From an uncultured delta proteobacterium (GTDB lineage: Bacteria > Desulfobacterota > Desulfobacteria > Desulfobacterales > Desulfatirhabdiaceae): a stretch of DNA of 64,000 nucleotides. A program made the position numbers and the translations under genes. This document shows, one piece after another, positions 19,708-30,170 of this stretch. The notes under the pieces are model-generated. The model saw nothing but the letters and a program-made list of their open reading frames with translations, had not been told where the DNA came from and made no database searches. The stretch covers positions 32,001 through 96,000 of the forward strand of contig CAWBKP010000021.1 in the NCBI GenBank assembly GCA_963789395.1, written 5' to 3'. Position 1 is the first letter of the stretch; every line of letters starts with the position of its first letter.

Positions 19708-21633
19708 TTATAGAATCTCTCCGGTCCGTTCGGTGTGATATCCGCCGAGTTTTTCAACGCGTTGAATGAAAGCCGGCGAGCGGATCGTTGTCAGCAGGCG
19801 CTGGATGTTTTCCGTATCAAAGAATCGTTCGGGGATGATCAGATCATACTGTTCGGTGACGACCGGTATAAAATCAAGGTTCAGGGCCTTGGCAGCCGCG
19901 AAAATACCCAGGCCCATATCCGCTGTTCCCCCCAGCACCGCCGCCGCTACGGACATGTGGGTAAATTCATCGACATCATAGCCGTTGATGTCTCCGGGAT
20001 CCAGATTGAGCTGATTCAGGCGGTAATCCAGAAGAATCCGCGTTCCGGAGCCGCTTTGCCGGTTGACGAACCGAATGTCTTTTCGAACCAGATCCTCGAC
20101 CCCCTTGATGCCTTTCGGGTTCCCGCGGGTTACCATGAATCCCTGATCCCTGAAAACCAGCTGGACCCGTTTGACCGGAATATCCGGCAGGAATTTAAGA
20201 ATATCGGAAATATTATAAGATCCGTCTTCGGGATTCAGCAGGTGAGCGCCCGCCAGATGGCAGACGCCGCGTTTAATTGCCATCAGCCCTCCCATGCTGC
20301 CGACATGGCTGGAGGAAAGGGTTAGTCCCGGATGGTGGTAGCCGATCATATCTGCCAGCACGTCCAGGGTATTGTCATGGCTGCCGACAATAACAATGGT
20401 GTTTTTAATGGACGATAACGGCCGGAGCAGCTCTGCCTGAACCGGCTCGTTTTCCTTGATGCCTTCGATGTGATTGGGAATGCGGATAATGCCGTCGGCC
20501 TGGGTGAGGGAGGTGATGCATCCGGCGCCCCGGGGAAGTGAAATGGCGACAATCCGATCATCGACTTTTCCCAGCTTGACGCGAAGAAATTCTTCGATCC
20601 CCAGCTTTGAGGGAATTTTCCGGATGGGCTCGACCGAAACCGTGGGACGCAGCAGCTCGGGTTGACCGGTCATGGTGCTGACCAGGGGGCCGACGAGCTG
20701 TTCATAGGCCACGATGGCTGATACCGGATATCCGGGCATGCCGAACACGGGTTTTTGATTGACGATGCCCATTATCAGGGGTTTTCCCGGCATCACGGTA
20801 ATGCCGTGAACCAGCACCTCTCCGATATGCTGAATCACCGCCCGGCTGTAGTCTTCGGAGCCGGCCGATGAGCCGCCGACGGTGAGAATAATATCTGCAT
20901 CGCCCAGACATGCCTGCCGGACGATTTCCGTCATGGCTTCCAGATTGTCCGGAATCATGTCATGCCGTTCGTATTGACCGCCCCAGGCTTCAACCAGTTT
21001 TCCGAGTACCACGGAATTGGTTTCCAGTACCTGGCCGGGCTTGAGGCTATCGATCGGCGTTGTGCGCCAGTCCACCAGCTCCGAACCGGTGGGAATGATC
21101 AGCACTTTGGGTTTTTTACGGACCTGCACCGAAAAAACGCCGCCTGAAAGCAGTGCGCCGATACTGTACGGCGTGATCCGGTGATTCCGTGGAAAGAGCA
21201 GTTCGGTTGCCACAATATCTTCGCCCATCTTGCGGACATGCTGCCAGGGAAAAACCGGGGCTTCGATCTGAACCAGGGTGTCGCCGATAACCTGAACATG
21301 TTCGATCATGATGACGGCATTGGCGCTTTCCGGCAGTACATGTCCGGTATTGACATAGACAGCGTCCTTGCCGATGGTGAGCTGTTTGGGCCTGGTCTCG
21401 CTGGCGCCGAAAGTATTTTCCGCCCGGACCGCGATGCCGTCCATGGCGGCTGCATGAAAAGCGGGGGAAGACAATTTGGCGAACACGGCCTCGGCCAGAA
21501 CCCTTCCTATGGCATCCGGTACGGACAGGGTCTCCGAGACAGGCGGATCAACGGGCGGAAAGGTTGTAAACATAAGCTCTCTGGCTTCTGCCAGTGTTTT
21601 CATCTTTAAATAGACATTTCGCTGATGATTCAT
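19708..21633 (-). CDS. moeA: MoeA fused to a periplasmic-binding-protein-like domain (molybdopterin biosynthesis)
   Basis: AAMDGIAV, PTGSEL, MPGKP, GMPGYPVS, then GSHD, VGSMGGL, FVNRQSGSGTR. Confidence 0.92.
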   Translation of the reverse strand: MNHQRNVYLKMKTLAEARELMFTTFPPVDPPVSETLSVPDAIGRVLAEAVFAKLSSPAFHAAAMDGIAVRAENTFGASETRPKQLTIGKDAVYVNTGHVLPESANAVIMIEHVQVIGDTLVQIEAPVFPWQHVRKMGEDIVATELLFPRNHRITPYSIGALLSGGVFSVQVRKKPKVLIIPTGSELVDWRTTPIDSLKPGQVLETNSVVLGKLVEAWGGQYERHDMIPDNLEAMTEIVRQACLGDADIILTVGGSSAGSEDYSRAVIQHIGEVLVHGITVMPGKPLIMGIVNQKPVFGMPGYPVSAIVAYEQLVGPLVSTMTGQPELLRPTVSVEPIRKIPSKLGIEEFLRVKLGKVDDRIVAISLPRGAGCITSLTQADGIIRIPNHIEGIKENEPVQAELLRPLSSIKNTIVIVGSHDNTLDVLADMIGYHHPGLTLSSSHVGSMGGLMAIKRGVCHLAGAHLLNPEDGSYNISDILKFLPDIPVKRVQLVFRDQGFMVTRGNPKGIKGVEDLVRKDIRFVNRQSGSGTRILLDYRLNQLNLDPGDINGYDVDEFTHMSVAAAVLGGTADMGLGIFAAAKALNLDFIPVVTEQYDLIIPERFFDTENIQRLLTTIRSPAFIQRVEKLGGYHTERTGEIL

Positions 21634-21651
21634 CTCACTCCTTCGTAAATA

Positions 21652-22884
21652 TCAATCCAACAGTTCGACCGAAACAAGTGATCCCTGATCCAGGCCTTCC
21701 ATATTCAGTCCGATTTCTATCAGACCGTCGGCTTTCACCATGGTGTTGATCAGGCCGGATTTTCCGAGTACGGGATCAGCCATAAGCTTTCCAGCGACTG
21801 GTGTCAGTTTTACCCGGACATAATCCACGCGTCCCTGGGCAGAGGAAAGGTTTCGGGAAAGAAAGGCCGGTATCCGAAACGTTTGGTTCGCATGGCCTTT
21901 GATGCCGGAAATGGAGTCAATAAAAGGCTTGACCACTTTCAGAAACACAATCATGGCAGAGACAACATGGCCGGGAAGTCCCCATAACGCTTTGTTTTGC
22001 GACATGGCCAGAATCGTGGGTTTTCCCGGGCTGATCGAAATGCCATGAAACAGAATACGCGGCTCCGGCAGCGCTGAAATCGCCTCGATGGTGACATCCC
22101 GAACACCAACCGAGCTTCCGCCTGAAACCAGAATCAAGTCTGATGTTTTCAGAGCAGTGGAAAGGGTTTGATTCAGGCTTTTGTTATTGTCCCGGACAAT
22201 GCCGTAGGAAATCGGAATGGCGCCGCAGGCCTTTACCATGCTGGTCAGCGTATATGTGTTGATGTCCCGGATTTTTCCGGGTGTCGGCGTTTCCGTAACC
22301 GGAACCACTTCATCACCTGTGGAAATGATCGCCACAACCGGTTTTCGATACACCCGCAGGGTGTCTCTGCCAAAAGCCGCCATCAGGCCGATTTCCTGGG
22401 CCCGAAGCCTTCGTCCCTCAGATAGAAGCACATCATTTATTGAAAAATCTTCACCCGGTTCAATGACATGCTGTCCCGGGGCTGCGCTCCGGTATACTTC
22501 AATCGTTGTTGCGTCCAGGGCTTCCGTATGTTCGATCATGACCACGCTGTCCGCGCCCTCCGGCAGCATGCCGCCGGTGGAAATCCTGCAGGCTTCTCCG
22601 CCGCCGATGGAAAACCCCGGCGTTTCTCCCATGAGTGCCGTGCCCTTGACGGTTAAAAACGCGGGATTGTTTTCGGTTGCTCCGAAAGTGGATGTGGCAC
22701 GGACGGCATATCCGTCCATGGTGGATCGTCTGAAATCGGGCAGGTGTTCCGGTGCTGTCACCGTCTCCGCAATAACCCTTTCAAAAGCATCCATCAGGGG
22801 AATGGTTTCGATTTCCATTTCGGAAAATGCGGATCGGAAGTCCAGGGCCTGTTCGATGGTGACGACATTGAAAAAATCTTTCAT
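21652..22884 (-). CDS. moeA: Molybdopterin molybdotransferase MoeA
   Basis: STMDGYAV, ISTGG, STGDEV, SGGSSVG, SPGKPT, GLPGH. Confidence 0.93.
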   Translation of the reverse strand: MKDFFNVVTIEQALDFRSAFSEMEIETIPLMDAFERVIAETVTAPEHLPDFRRSTMDGYAVRATSTFGATENNPAFLTVKGTALMGETPGFSIGGGEACRISTGGMLPEGADSVVMIEHTEALDATTIEVYRSAAPGQHVIEPGEDFSINDVLLSEGRRLRAQEIGLMAAFGRDTLRVYRKPVVAIISTGDEVVPVTETPTPGKIRDINTYTLTSMVKACGAIPISYGIVRDNNKSLNQTLSTALKTSDLILVSGGSSVGVRDVTIEAISALPEPRILFHGISISPGKPTILAMSQNKALWGLPGHVVSAMIVFLKVVKPFIDSISGIKGHANQTFRIPAFLSRNLSSAQGRVDYVRVKLTPVAGKLMADPVLGKSGLINTMVKADGLIEIGLNMEGLDQGSLVSVELLD

Positions 22885-22952
22885 TCACGTGCTCCTGTAA
22901 AATGCATGGGCCACTTTTTCCCCTTTGGAAGGATTTGTGCCTCTCTGCTCAC

Positions 22953-22981
22953 CTAGTAACAAGTCGGATCAACCCTGTCAA
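22953..22981 (-). promoter_or_regulatory. Putative sigma70 promoter of the moeA operon
   Basis: TTGACA-17 nt-TACTAG with an extended -10 TG. Confidence 0.5.
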
Positions 22982-23197
22982 GCCGTGAGATGACAAGGCG
23001 TTGTCTGCCCGGCGGCCTGCATTTTTTCCGTGCCCTGCGTGCCAGCCGGACACGGAATCCGTTTATCTTGCGATATGTGGATTATTCATTGATTCTTAAC
23101 CCAAAAAATCTTATACAAAAAAAGATTTTAAGCTCTTTTCTATCTGAAAGCATTGCCGTTTCTGTTTTTTTGCGATTTCTCCTGCCGGAGTCAGGGA

Positions 23198-24445
23198 ATG
23201 AAACGCTTTAGAAGATATTTTGTCGTTGCATGGTTTGCCGGCGTTTTTCTTTCGCTTCTCCTGGGATGCGGGCTTGGTAAGAACCCTGCAACCCTTCCCG
23301 GTGAAGTTTCCGTGGCCGAGGATACGTCCTGGGAGGCCGTGTTTCAGCGGAAAGAAGGATGGACAGGAGCCGATGGCATCAATACGGCAGATCTTCTGGA
23401 TGGCCGGATTCTCTGGCTGTTCGGAGATACATGGATTGGCGATATCCAGCAGGGGCGCCATGCACCGGAGGCTGAACTGGTCAACAATACGCTGGCTGTT
23501 CATGAAACGCCCAAAGCCGGCAACTGGGTCCCACCCGGGCCCAAAGACATCCGGTTTTTCTGGGGACGATCCGGGCGGGATAATCAGGCATGGATTCGGC
23601 CGGATTCGGCAGGTGGTTCGAGCTGGTACTGGCCGGCTGGAAACGGCTTGGTGGTCAAGGACGGTTTCGACGGCTTGCGGCTGTTGTTTTTTATGAGCAA
23701 ACTGTCTCGACGTCCTGGCTCCAATGAGATGTGGAATTTTTCACGCAGTGGAAACACGTTGGTGATGGTGGCGAATCCCGGTGAAAAGGTCTCTGACTGG
23801 CGTATTCGGACCATTTCCGTTCCCTTGAGTCTATGGAGGGGAGAAAAAATCGGTTGGGGGGTCGCCCTGTTGTCTGTTCCGGTCTCAGGTGAATTCACGG
23901 GAAATTATGTCTACATATACGGAATCGATGAAACGGATCTTGGAAATAAAAAGCTGATTCTGGTCAGATCACCTGCCGGCCGGGTTGACGATACGGTTGC
24001 CTGGCAGGCGTATCGCGGCAACGGGGTATGGGGAACGGTTGAATCTGAATGCCATCCCATTGCGGAACATCTGGCGACGGAACTTTCCGTTGAACCGGTG
24101 ACTATCGGAAAGAACCGATGGTATGTGATGGTTCACAGCGAGGATGGCTTTGGAAGTCATATCCTGATTCGAATGGCGCAGCACCCGCAAGGGCCCTGGT
24201 CAAAGCCTTTTCCGGTGTACCAGGTTCAGGGCATTCGAAACGATACGGCCCTTTTTACCTATGCCGCCAAATCACATGCCTGCATATCACGCCCCGGAGA
24301 ACTTCTTATCAGCTATGTTATCAACGCATTTGATTTTGATATGCTGACTCAGGATGCGGACTTATATCGTCCCCGATTTATCCGCATATCCTTGAATCAA
24401 TTATTGCAGAAGGTTGCGGAAATCGTGCCTCACAACGACAACTGA
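23198..24445 (+). CDS. DUF4185/DUF5005-like beta-propeller lipoprotein
   Basis: Lipobox LLGC; GWTGADG, LWLFGDTWIG, LVNNT, PQGPWS, YAAKSH, YRPRF. Confidence 0.7.
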   Translation: MKRFRRYFVVAWFAGVFLSLLLGCGLGKNPATLPGEVSVAEDTSWEAVFQRKEGWTGADGINTADLLDGRILWLFGDTWIGDIQQGRHAPEAELVNNTLAVHETPKAGNWVPPGPKDIRFFWGRSGRDNQAWIRPDSAGGSSWYWPAGNGLVVKDGFDGLRLLFFMSKLSRRPGSNEMWNFSRSGNTLVMVANPGEKVSDWRIRTISVPLSLWRGEKIGWGVALLSVPVSGEFTGNYVYIYGIDETDLGNKKLILVRSPAGRVDDTVAWQAYRGNGVWGTVESECHPIAEHLATELSVEPVTIGKNRWYVMVHSEDGFGSHILIRMAQHPQGPWSKPFPVYQVQGIRNDTALFTYAAKSHACISRPGELLISYVINAFDFDMLTQDADLYRPRFIRISLNQLLQKVAEIVPHNDN

Positions 24446-24490
24446 TCGCAGGATCAAACGGGCAGGGCAGCCCTGTCTCAAAAGGAGAGT

Positions 24491-25072
24491 ATGGATAAAT
24501 CAAAAAAAGATTCAAAGGGCACGCTCATTGTCTATTTGAAGAAATGCTTCAGGCTGACCGTGAGGGCCGTTATATTTGGAGGGGTATGCTATGCGCTGAA
24601 CATCGGTCTGCTGTATTTTTGTCAGATGCTTTTCGGGTTTTATCTGAAAACTCCCATGGGGCCGGAATTTGTCGACGCGAATCCCGAACTCATGACTACG
24701 ATCGAGAAATTGACGGACATGGGTTTTGAACAGCTTTCCATCCCCCTTACCCTGACGGCGTTTTTAACCTGTCTGGTGATACTTGCAGCATGTAAACTCC
24801 TTTTCCTGGCGCGTTATATTACCCCGATGGGAAATATCGGACGGATGATTTCCTGTGTGTTGCCGATTTCAGCTGCTGTTGCCATGATGATCCCGGAATC
24901 CGTTCCGGTTGGCGGCTGGGGGGTGGCTTACGGGCTGTCCGTCTTTCCGACCTGTGTGATGTTCAATTCCTGTTTTGCCATTGCCGATGAGTTGTTGCCG
25001 GAAGCGGACAGCCTGATCGGATTCTTTCGAAAAAGCGAGCCATCCGGAAAATCGCCCCATGTCCGGCGATAA
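24491..25072 (+). CDS. Hypothetical membrane protein (about 4 TM)
   Basis: RBS AGGAG; 193 aa with several hydrophobic segments. Confidence 0.7.
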   Translation: MDKSKKDSKGTLIVYLKKCFRLTVRAVIFGGVCYALNIGLLYFCQMLFGFYLKTPMGPEFVDANPELMTTIEKLTDMGFEQLSIPLTLTAFLTCLVILAACKLLFLARYITPMGNIGRMISCVLPISAAVAMMIPESVPVGGWGVAYGLSVFPTCVMFNSCFAIADELLPEADSLIGFFRKSEPSGKSPHVRR

Positions 25073-26313
25073 TCACCAGCCTTTGAAAATCTGTCTGTTG
25101 AGCTATCGCAGCAATCCGCACTGCGGCGGGCAGGGCGTGTATGTCAAAAACCTGAGCCGGGCGCTTGTGGATCTGGGGCACACGGTGGATGTGGTTTCGG
25201 GCCCTCCGCTGCTGAAGCTGGATTCGGACATTTCCGTCAATCACCTTCCCTGTCTGGATCTGTACAACCCGGATGATCTCTTCAGGGTGCCGTCCCTGAA
25301 AGAACTTTCGGATCCCGTCAATTTTGCGGAATGGGTGGGTGTCTGCCACCATGGGTTTCCCGGAGCCGTTTACTTTCGGCATTCGTGCCTTTCAGTATTT
25401 GCGGAATAAAACCGGCGCGTACGACATCGTTCATGACAACCAGTGCCTGTCCTACGGAGTCTGGGCAATCAGCAGGCGCATGCCGACTGTTGCCACCATT
25501 CATCACCCCATTACCATCGACCGGAAAATTGCGCTGCGTTCGGTCAGCTCTGTCTGGAAAAAATTGAAATACCTGAGATGGTACTCGTTCATCGGCATGC
25601 AGAAGCGCGTTTCCAGAACGTTATCACACATCATTACGGTTTCAGCATGCGCCAGAAAAGATATCTGCAGCGATTTTAATATGTCTCAGGACAAATTCCG
25701 CATTGTCCCCAATGGTATCGATACGGATCTGTTTTACCCCATTCCGGAAATTCAGCGCGAAAAAAACCGGATCATCGTCACCAACAGTGCCGATACGCCA
25801 CTTAAAGGGCTGTATTATCTCCTTCACGCCATGTCGGATCTTTCGAGAACCCGCAACATCCGGCTGATCGTTGTGGGTTCTCCGAAAGAAAACGGTGGCA
25901 TCGTCCGCCTGATTACCCGTCTGGGTATCGGCGGGTTGATAACGTTTACCGGCCGAATCAGCCACGAAGAATTTGTGCGTCAATATGCCAGGGCTACTGC
26001 GGCGGTGGTGCCATCGGTTTATGAAGGGTTCGGACTGCCGGTGGGCGAAGCCATGGCTTGCGCCGTGCCGGTCATCAGCACCACGGGCGGCGCACTGCCG
26101 GAAGTTGTCGGGGATGCCGGCATGCTGGTCCCACCGGAAAATGCAAGTGTTTTGTCACGGGCCATTGCGGAACTGCTCGATAATCCGGAGCTTGCCGGCC
26201 GTCTCGGGCAGGCAGGATATGAGCGGGTTCATCGGCACTTCACCTGGAGGCGGGCTGCGGAAAGAACCGTCGATACTTACCGGGAGGCTATCGGTGGTCA
26301 CCGTAGATTTTAG
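25059..26313 (+). CDS. Glycosyltransferase family 4; apparent frameshift about 25346
   Basis: KICLLSYRSNPHCGGQGVY; then MGFPEP, HDNQCL, PSVYEGFGLPVGEAMAC. Confidence 0.9.
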
Positions 26314-27007
26314 CCGGCTTGCAATCGGGCCCGGAAGTCGCGTTCTGGACATCGGATGCGGGACTGGCCGGCATACAGCGGCTGCGTACCAATGCCCGAA
26401 TATAACGATTGTCGGCGCGGATCTCAATTTTGATGATGTTCGGCAGGCCAGACACCGGCTGCTGTTTCACGACCATTGCAGGGAGCATGGGGGCGGAAGG
26501 TGGCTGCTTTCCGTGTCGGATATCGCCTGCCTTCCATTTGAAGACACCTGTTTTGATCTGGTGATCTGTTCGGAAGTTCTGGAGCATCTTGTCGATGAGA
26601 AAACAGCTGTCAGAGAAATCATACGGGTTCTTAAGCCGAACAGCCCGCTTGTCGTCAGCGTGCCCCGGTATTTTCCGGAGCGGGTCTGCTGGGCCCTGTC
26701 CGAGGCCTATCATCAGACAGCTAACGGCCATGTCCGTATTTACCGTAAACAGCAGCTGGTCCGGCTTCTGGAAGCTGGCGGGGTGGTTTACCGGTCCAGT
26801 CATTTTGCCCATAGCATTCATACCCCCTACTGGTGGCTGAAATGCCTGGCCGGTCCGGAGCGGACGGATGCGCCTATCGTCAACGGCTATCACCGGTTTC
26901 TGACTTGGGATATTCTCAACAAACCCAGGATCACCCGGTTTCTGGATGCGTTTTTTAATCCGCTGTTTGGAAAAAGTCTGGTCGTCTACTGCAAGAAACG
27001 CGGGTAA
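26294..27007 (+). CDS. Class I SAM-dependent methyltransferase
   Basis: RBS GGAGG before GTG 26294; VLDIGCGTGRH, LPFEDTCFDLVICSEVLEH, GHVRIY. Confidence 0.9.
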   Translation: MVTVDFSRLAIGPGSRVLDIGCGTGRHTAAAYQCPNITIVGADLNFDDVRQARHRLLFHDHCREHGGGRWLLSVSDIACLPFEDTCFDLVICSEVLEHLVDEKTAVREIIRVLKPNSPLVVSVPRYFPERVCWALSEAYHQTANGHVRIYRKQQLVRLLEAGGVVYRSSHFAHSIHTPYWWLKCLAGPERTDAPIVNGYHRFLTWDILNKPRITRFLDAFFNPLFGKSLVVYCKKRG

Positions 27008-27066
27008 TGCCATTGGGCGGAGACAATGTCGGGACGCCGGAGCGGTTGTCAGGTTGTCTGGGGGCG

Positions 27067-28621
27067 CTAGTCTGTCAAGGTTTTGAAAGATTTCGTGGAT
27101 TTTTCCGGTCCGGTACTCGTCAAAAAACGTATCAACGACATCCGGATCAAAAAAACTGCCTTTGCCGCGCTGGATAATTTCCAGAATCTGGGCCTCCTCC
27201 ATTTTCTTTCGATAGGTTCGATCCGAAGCCAGCGCATCGTATACATCGGCAACAGAGAGAATGCGGGCCAGAAACGGGATGTCGGTTCCTTTTAATCCGT
27301 CCGGATAACCGGCGCCGTCATAGCGTTCATGGTGGCATCGAATAATCTGGTGCTCTCTTTCCCAGAGGCCCAACTGGCCCACAATGTTTGCGCCGATAAC
27401 GGAGTGGTTTTTAATGATGGCGTATTCTTCATCCGTCAATTTCCCGGGCTTGAGCAGAATTTCATCGCGAATGCCGATTTTGCCGATATCGTGCAGGAGT
27501 CCCGCGGTGTTCAGGATATCCAGTTCTTCTGCCGAACATTCCATTTTGTGGGCCAGAATCTTTGCAACGGCGGTTACCCGGTTGGAATGCTGTTCGGTAT
27601 AGGAATCCTTTGCGCCGATGGCTTTAACAAATGCATAAATGGTTGAAAACAGATTCTCATAGATATTTTCATACAGGGCCAGGTTTTCGATAGCATAGGC
27701 CGCATGATGCGTCATATAGGAAAGGTAATACAGGTCTTTTTCAGCAAACCGGCCATGTTCCTTCAGCTGGAGCGTTGCCAGAACCCCGAATATTTTTTTG
27801 CGAATGGTCAGCGGGGCGATCATGACGGAGTCTATGTCATCGCCCAATCCGTGAAGACCGTTGCCTTCCGATATCAATAGCGGCAACTGGTCCCCGGCCA
27901 CATTCATAATCATGCGATTGGGGATGCGACTGGAATTATTCATTAAATCAATGGGGGAAACGACAGGCCCGGCTGTGCCGGCGCTGGCGGCAGTTACCGC
28001 AAAAGGGCGCGTGACGGCTTCGTTGATAATATAGAATACGGACTGGCTTGCGTGGGTAATATCCACGGCCATCTCAACCAACCGGTTAAAGACATCGGCG
28101 CTGTTGGCGACAGCCGAAAAATCATTCATGATGCGATTCAAGGTCTGCAGGTCATCGATTTTCTGAAGCAGTTCCAGATTCAAGGATTCTATTCTGGCCT
28201 TGCCTTCTATCTCTTTTTTAAGAAGGATGTTTTCAACAAAGAGTTGCTGCTGGTTTAGAACCCGTTTCAAACAGAGTTCGAGCTGGTTCAGATTGATGGG
28301 TTTGATTAAAAAATCCACGACCCCGTTTTTTAAAGTCCGGATGGTATTTTCCAGGGACGGATAACCGGTCATGATAACTACCGGGATGGTATTGTCGCGT
28401 TTATTGATATTTTCTGCAAGCTCAAGCCCATCCATCACCGGCATGTTGATATCGGTAAAGCAGCAGTCGATCTGCTCCCTGTCCAGAACCAGCAGGGCTT
28501 CAGCGCCATTTCCGGCTGTAAAAACCTGATACCCCTTGATTGAAAAATACTCTGCGGCAACATCCAGAATACTTTCTTCATCGTCAACAAATAATATTTT
28601 TTCTTTGTGTGAGGTTGCCAC
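27067..28621 (-). CDS. Response regulator REC-GAF-HD-GYP cyclic dinucleotide phosphodiesterase (3' end uncertain; the frame stays open to 26288)
   Basis: ILFVDDE, TDINMP, FLIKP; GAF-like middle; HSNRV, LHDIGKIG, HHERYDGAGYPDGL, VADVYDAL. Confidence 0.9.
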
Positions 28622-28760
28622 CGAGGCTCCTGTTGGAAAAAAATGTAAGCATAACGATCTTGCGTAAATGTAATTCTTAGATTATCAATAAAAAATATTC
28701 AACATCTTTTCCGTTAAGAAGCAAGATAACCGAAGTGGTTACTTGATAAAGGAGAATATA

Positions 28761-29174
28761 ATGGTACAAACCAGTGTTCAATGGATTTCCGGAAAAAACT
28801 TTATCGGCGTGGATTCCACCCGCCATTCGGTCGTGCTTTCCGCAGAAGATCAAGGAATCGGCGTAAAGCCTTCTGAAATGCTGCTGGTTGCGCTTGCATC
28901 CTGTACGGCCGTTGATGTGGTGGGGATTCTGGAAAAGAAGCGAAAGCCCCTGTCCTTTCTCGAAATCATCACTACCGGCGACAAAGATCCTGAACCTCCC
29001 TGGCCCTACCGCAGGATAAACCTGCACTATCGGGTAAAGGGAGAAGCGCTGACAGAAAATGCGGTGGTGCAGGCCATCCGGCTTTCGCAGGAAAAATACT
29101 GCTCGGTTGCGGCAACGGTGCGTGGCGTGGCTCAGATCACGACGTCATTTGAAATCCTGCCTCACCTGCTTTGA
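28761..29174 (+). CDS. OsmC/YhfA family protein
   Basis: RBS AGGAG; PSEMLLVALASCTAVDV...EKYCSVA. Confidence 0.9.
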   Translation: MVQTSVQWISGKNFIGVDSTRHSVVLSAEDQGIGVKPSEMLLVALASCTAVDVVGILEKKRKPLSFLEIITTGDKDPEPPWPYRRINLHYRVKGEALTENAVVQAIRLSQEKYCSVAATVRGVAQITTSFEILPHLL

Positions 29175-30131
29175 AGCGATGATCTGGCGAAGTATTTCCT
29201 CCAGGGACGTTTTGGGGTCAAAGCCAATCAGTTGATGAATCTTTTCGATTCCCGGAACCCTTCGCTGCATATCTTCGAAATCTTTTCCAAAAGCCTTTTC
29301 ATAAGGGATGTATTCAATTCTGGAGGCGGATGCGGTCATGCCGATGATCTTTTCAGCCAGGTTCCGGATGGAAATTTCTTCAGTGCCGCCCACATTCAAC
29401 ACCTGGCCTGCGGCCGCATCGGTTTCCATTAATGCCATAAACGCCTGAACCACGTCTTTTACGTACGTAAATGTCCGGGTTTGCGATCCGTCTCCGTAAA
29501 TGGTCAGTGGTTTGCCGCAAAGGGCCTGATCCACGAACCGGGGAATAACCATGCCGTATGTCCCAGTCTGACGGGGGCCGACCGTATTGAACAGCCTGAC
29601 GACGATGGTTTTCAGCCCATGGGTGCGGTAGTAGGCAAGGGCCGTGAATTCGTCCATGAGCTTGGAGGCCGCATAACTCCACCTGAATTTGCTGGACGGT
29701 CCGTAGATGATGTTGTCGGTTTCAACCAGCGGGGCGTGCAGGTGTTTGCCATAGACTTCCGATGTGGAGGCAATCAGGACTTTTTTCTTGAATTTGTTGC
29801 ATAGTTCAAGGACTTTTTCGGTTCCCTGAATATTGGTGCGGATGGATTCCAGCGGTTTTTCCAGAATCGTGAGAACGCCGACCGCAGCTGCCAGGTGATA
29901 GACGACATCACAGATACCGGTCAGTTCCAGCAGGCTCTCGTGATTCAAAATCGTGTCCACCGTAACAAAGATCCGGTTTTGAAATCGGGGATCGTCCATC
30001 ATGGGTTGCAGATTGTCCAGCGACCCGGTTGAAAGATCGTCGATAATATACACATCATCCCCTTTTTCAAGGTAGGCCTCGGCAAGATGAGAGCCGATAA
30101 ACCCGGCCCCTCCGGTAATCAGAATTTTCAT
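29145..30131 (-). CDS. NAD-dependent nucleotide-sugar epimerase/dehydratase
   Basis: ITGGAGFIGSH, HLAAAVG, ASTSEVYG, YAASK, RLFNTVGPRQ. Confidence 0.93.
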   Translation of the reverse strand: MKILITGGAGFIGSHLAEAYLEKGDDVYIIDDLSTGSLDNLQPMMDDPRFQNRIFVTVDTILNHESLLELTGICDVVYHLAAAVGVLTILEKPLESIRTNIQGTEKVLELCNKFKKKVLIASTSEVYGKHLHAPLVETDNIIYGPSSKFRWSYAASKLMDEFTALAYYRTHGLKTIVVRLFNTVGPRQTGTYGMVIPRFVDQALCGKPLTIYGDGSQTRTFTYVKDVVQAFMALMETDAAAGQVLNVGGTEEISIRNLAEKIIGMTASASRIEYIPYEKAFGKDFEDMQRRVPGIEKIHQLIGFDPKTSLEEILRQIIASKQVRQDFK

Positions 30132-30170
30132 GGAATTATCCCGTAAGTGTTTTGGATGAAAGGCCGGATA

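Noticed and set aside
22885..23100. Possible Moco/Wco riboswitch upstream of moeA
   Set aside because: I could not match the motif's conserved elements; only a sigma70-like promoter is evident. An Rfam scan would settle it
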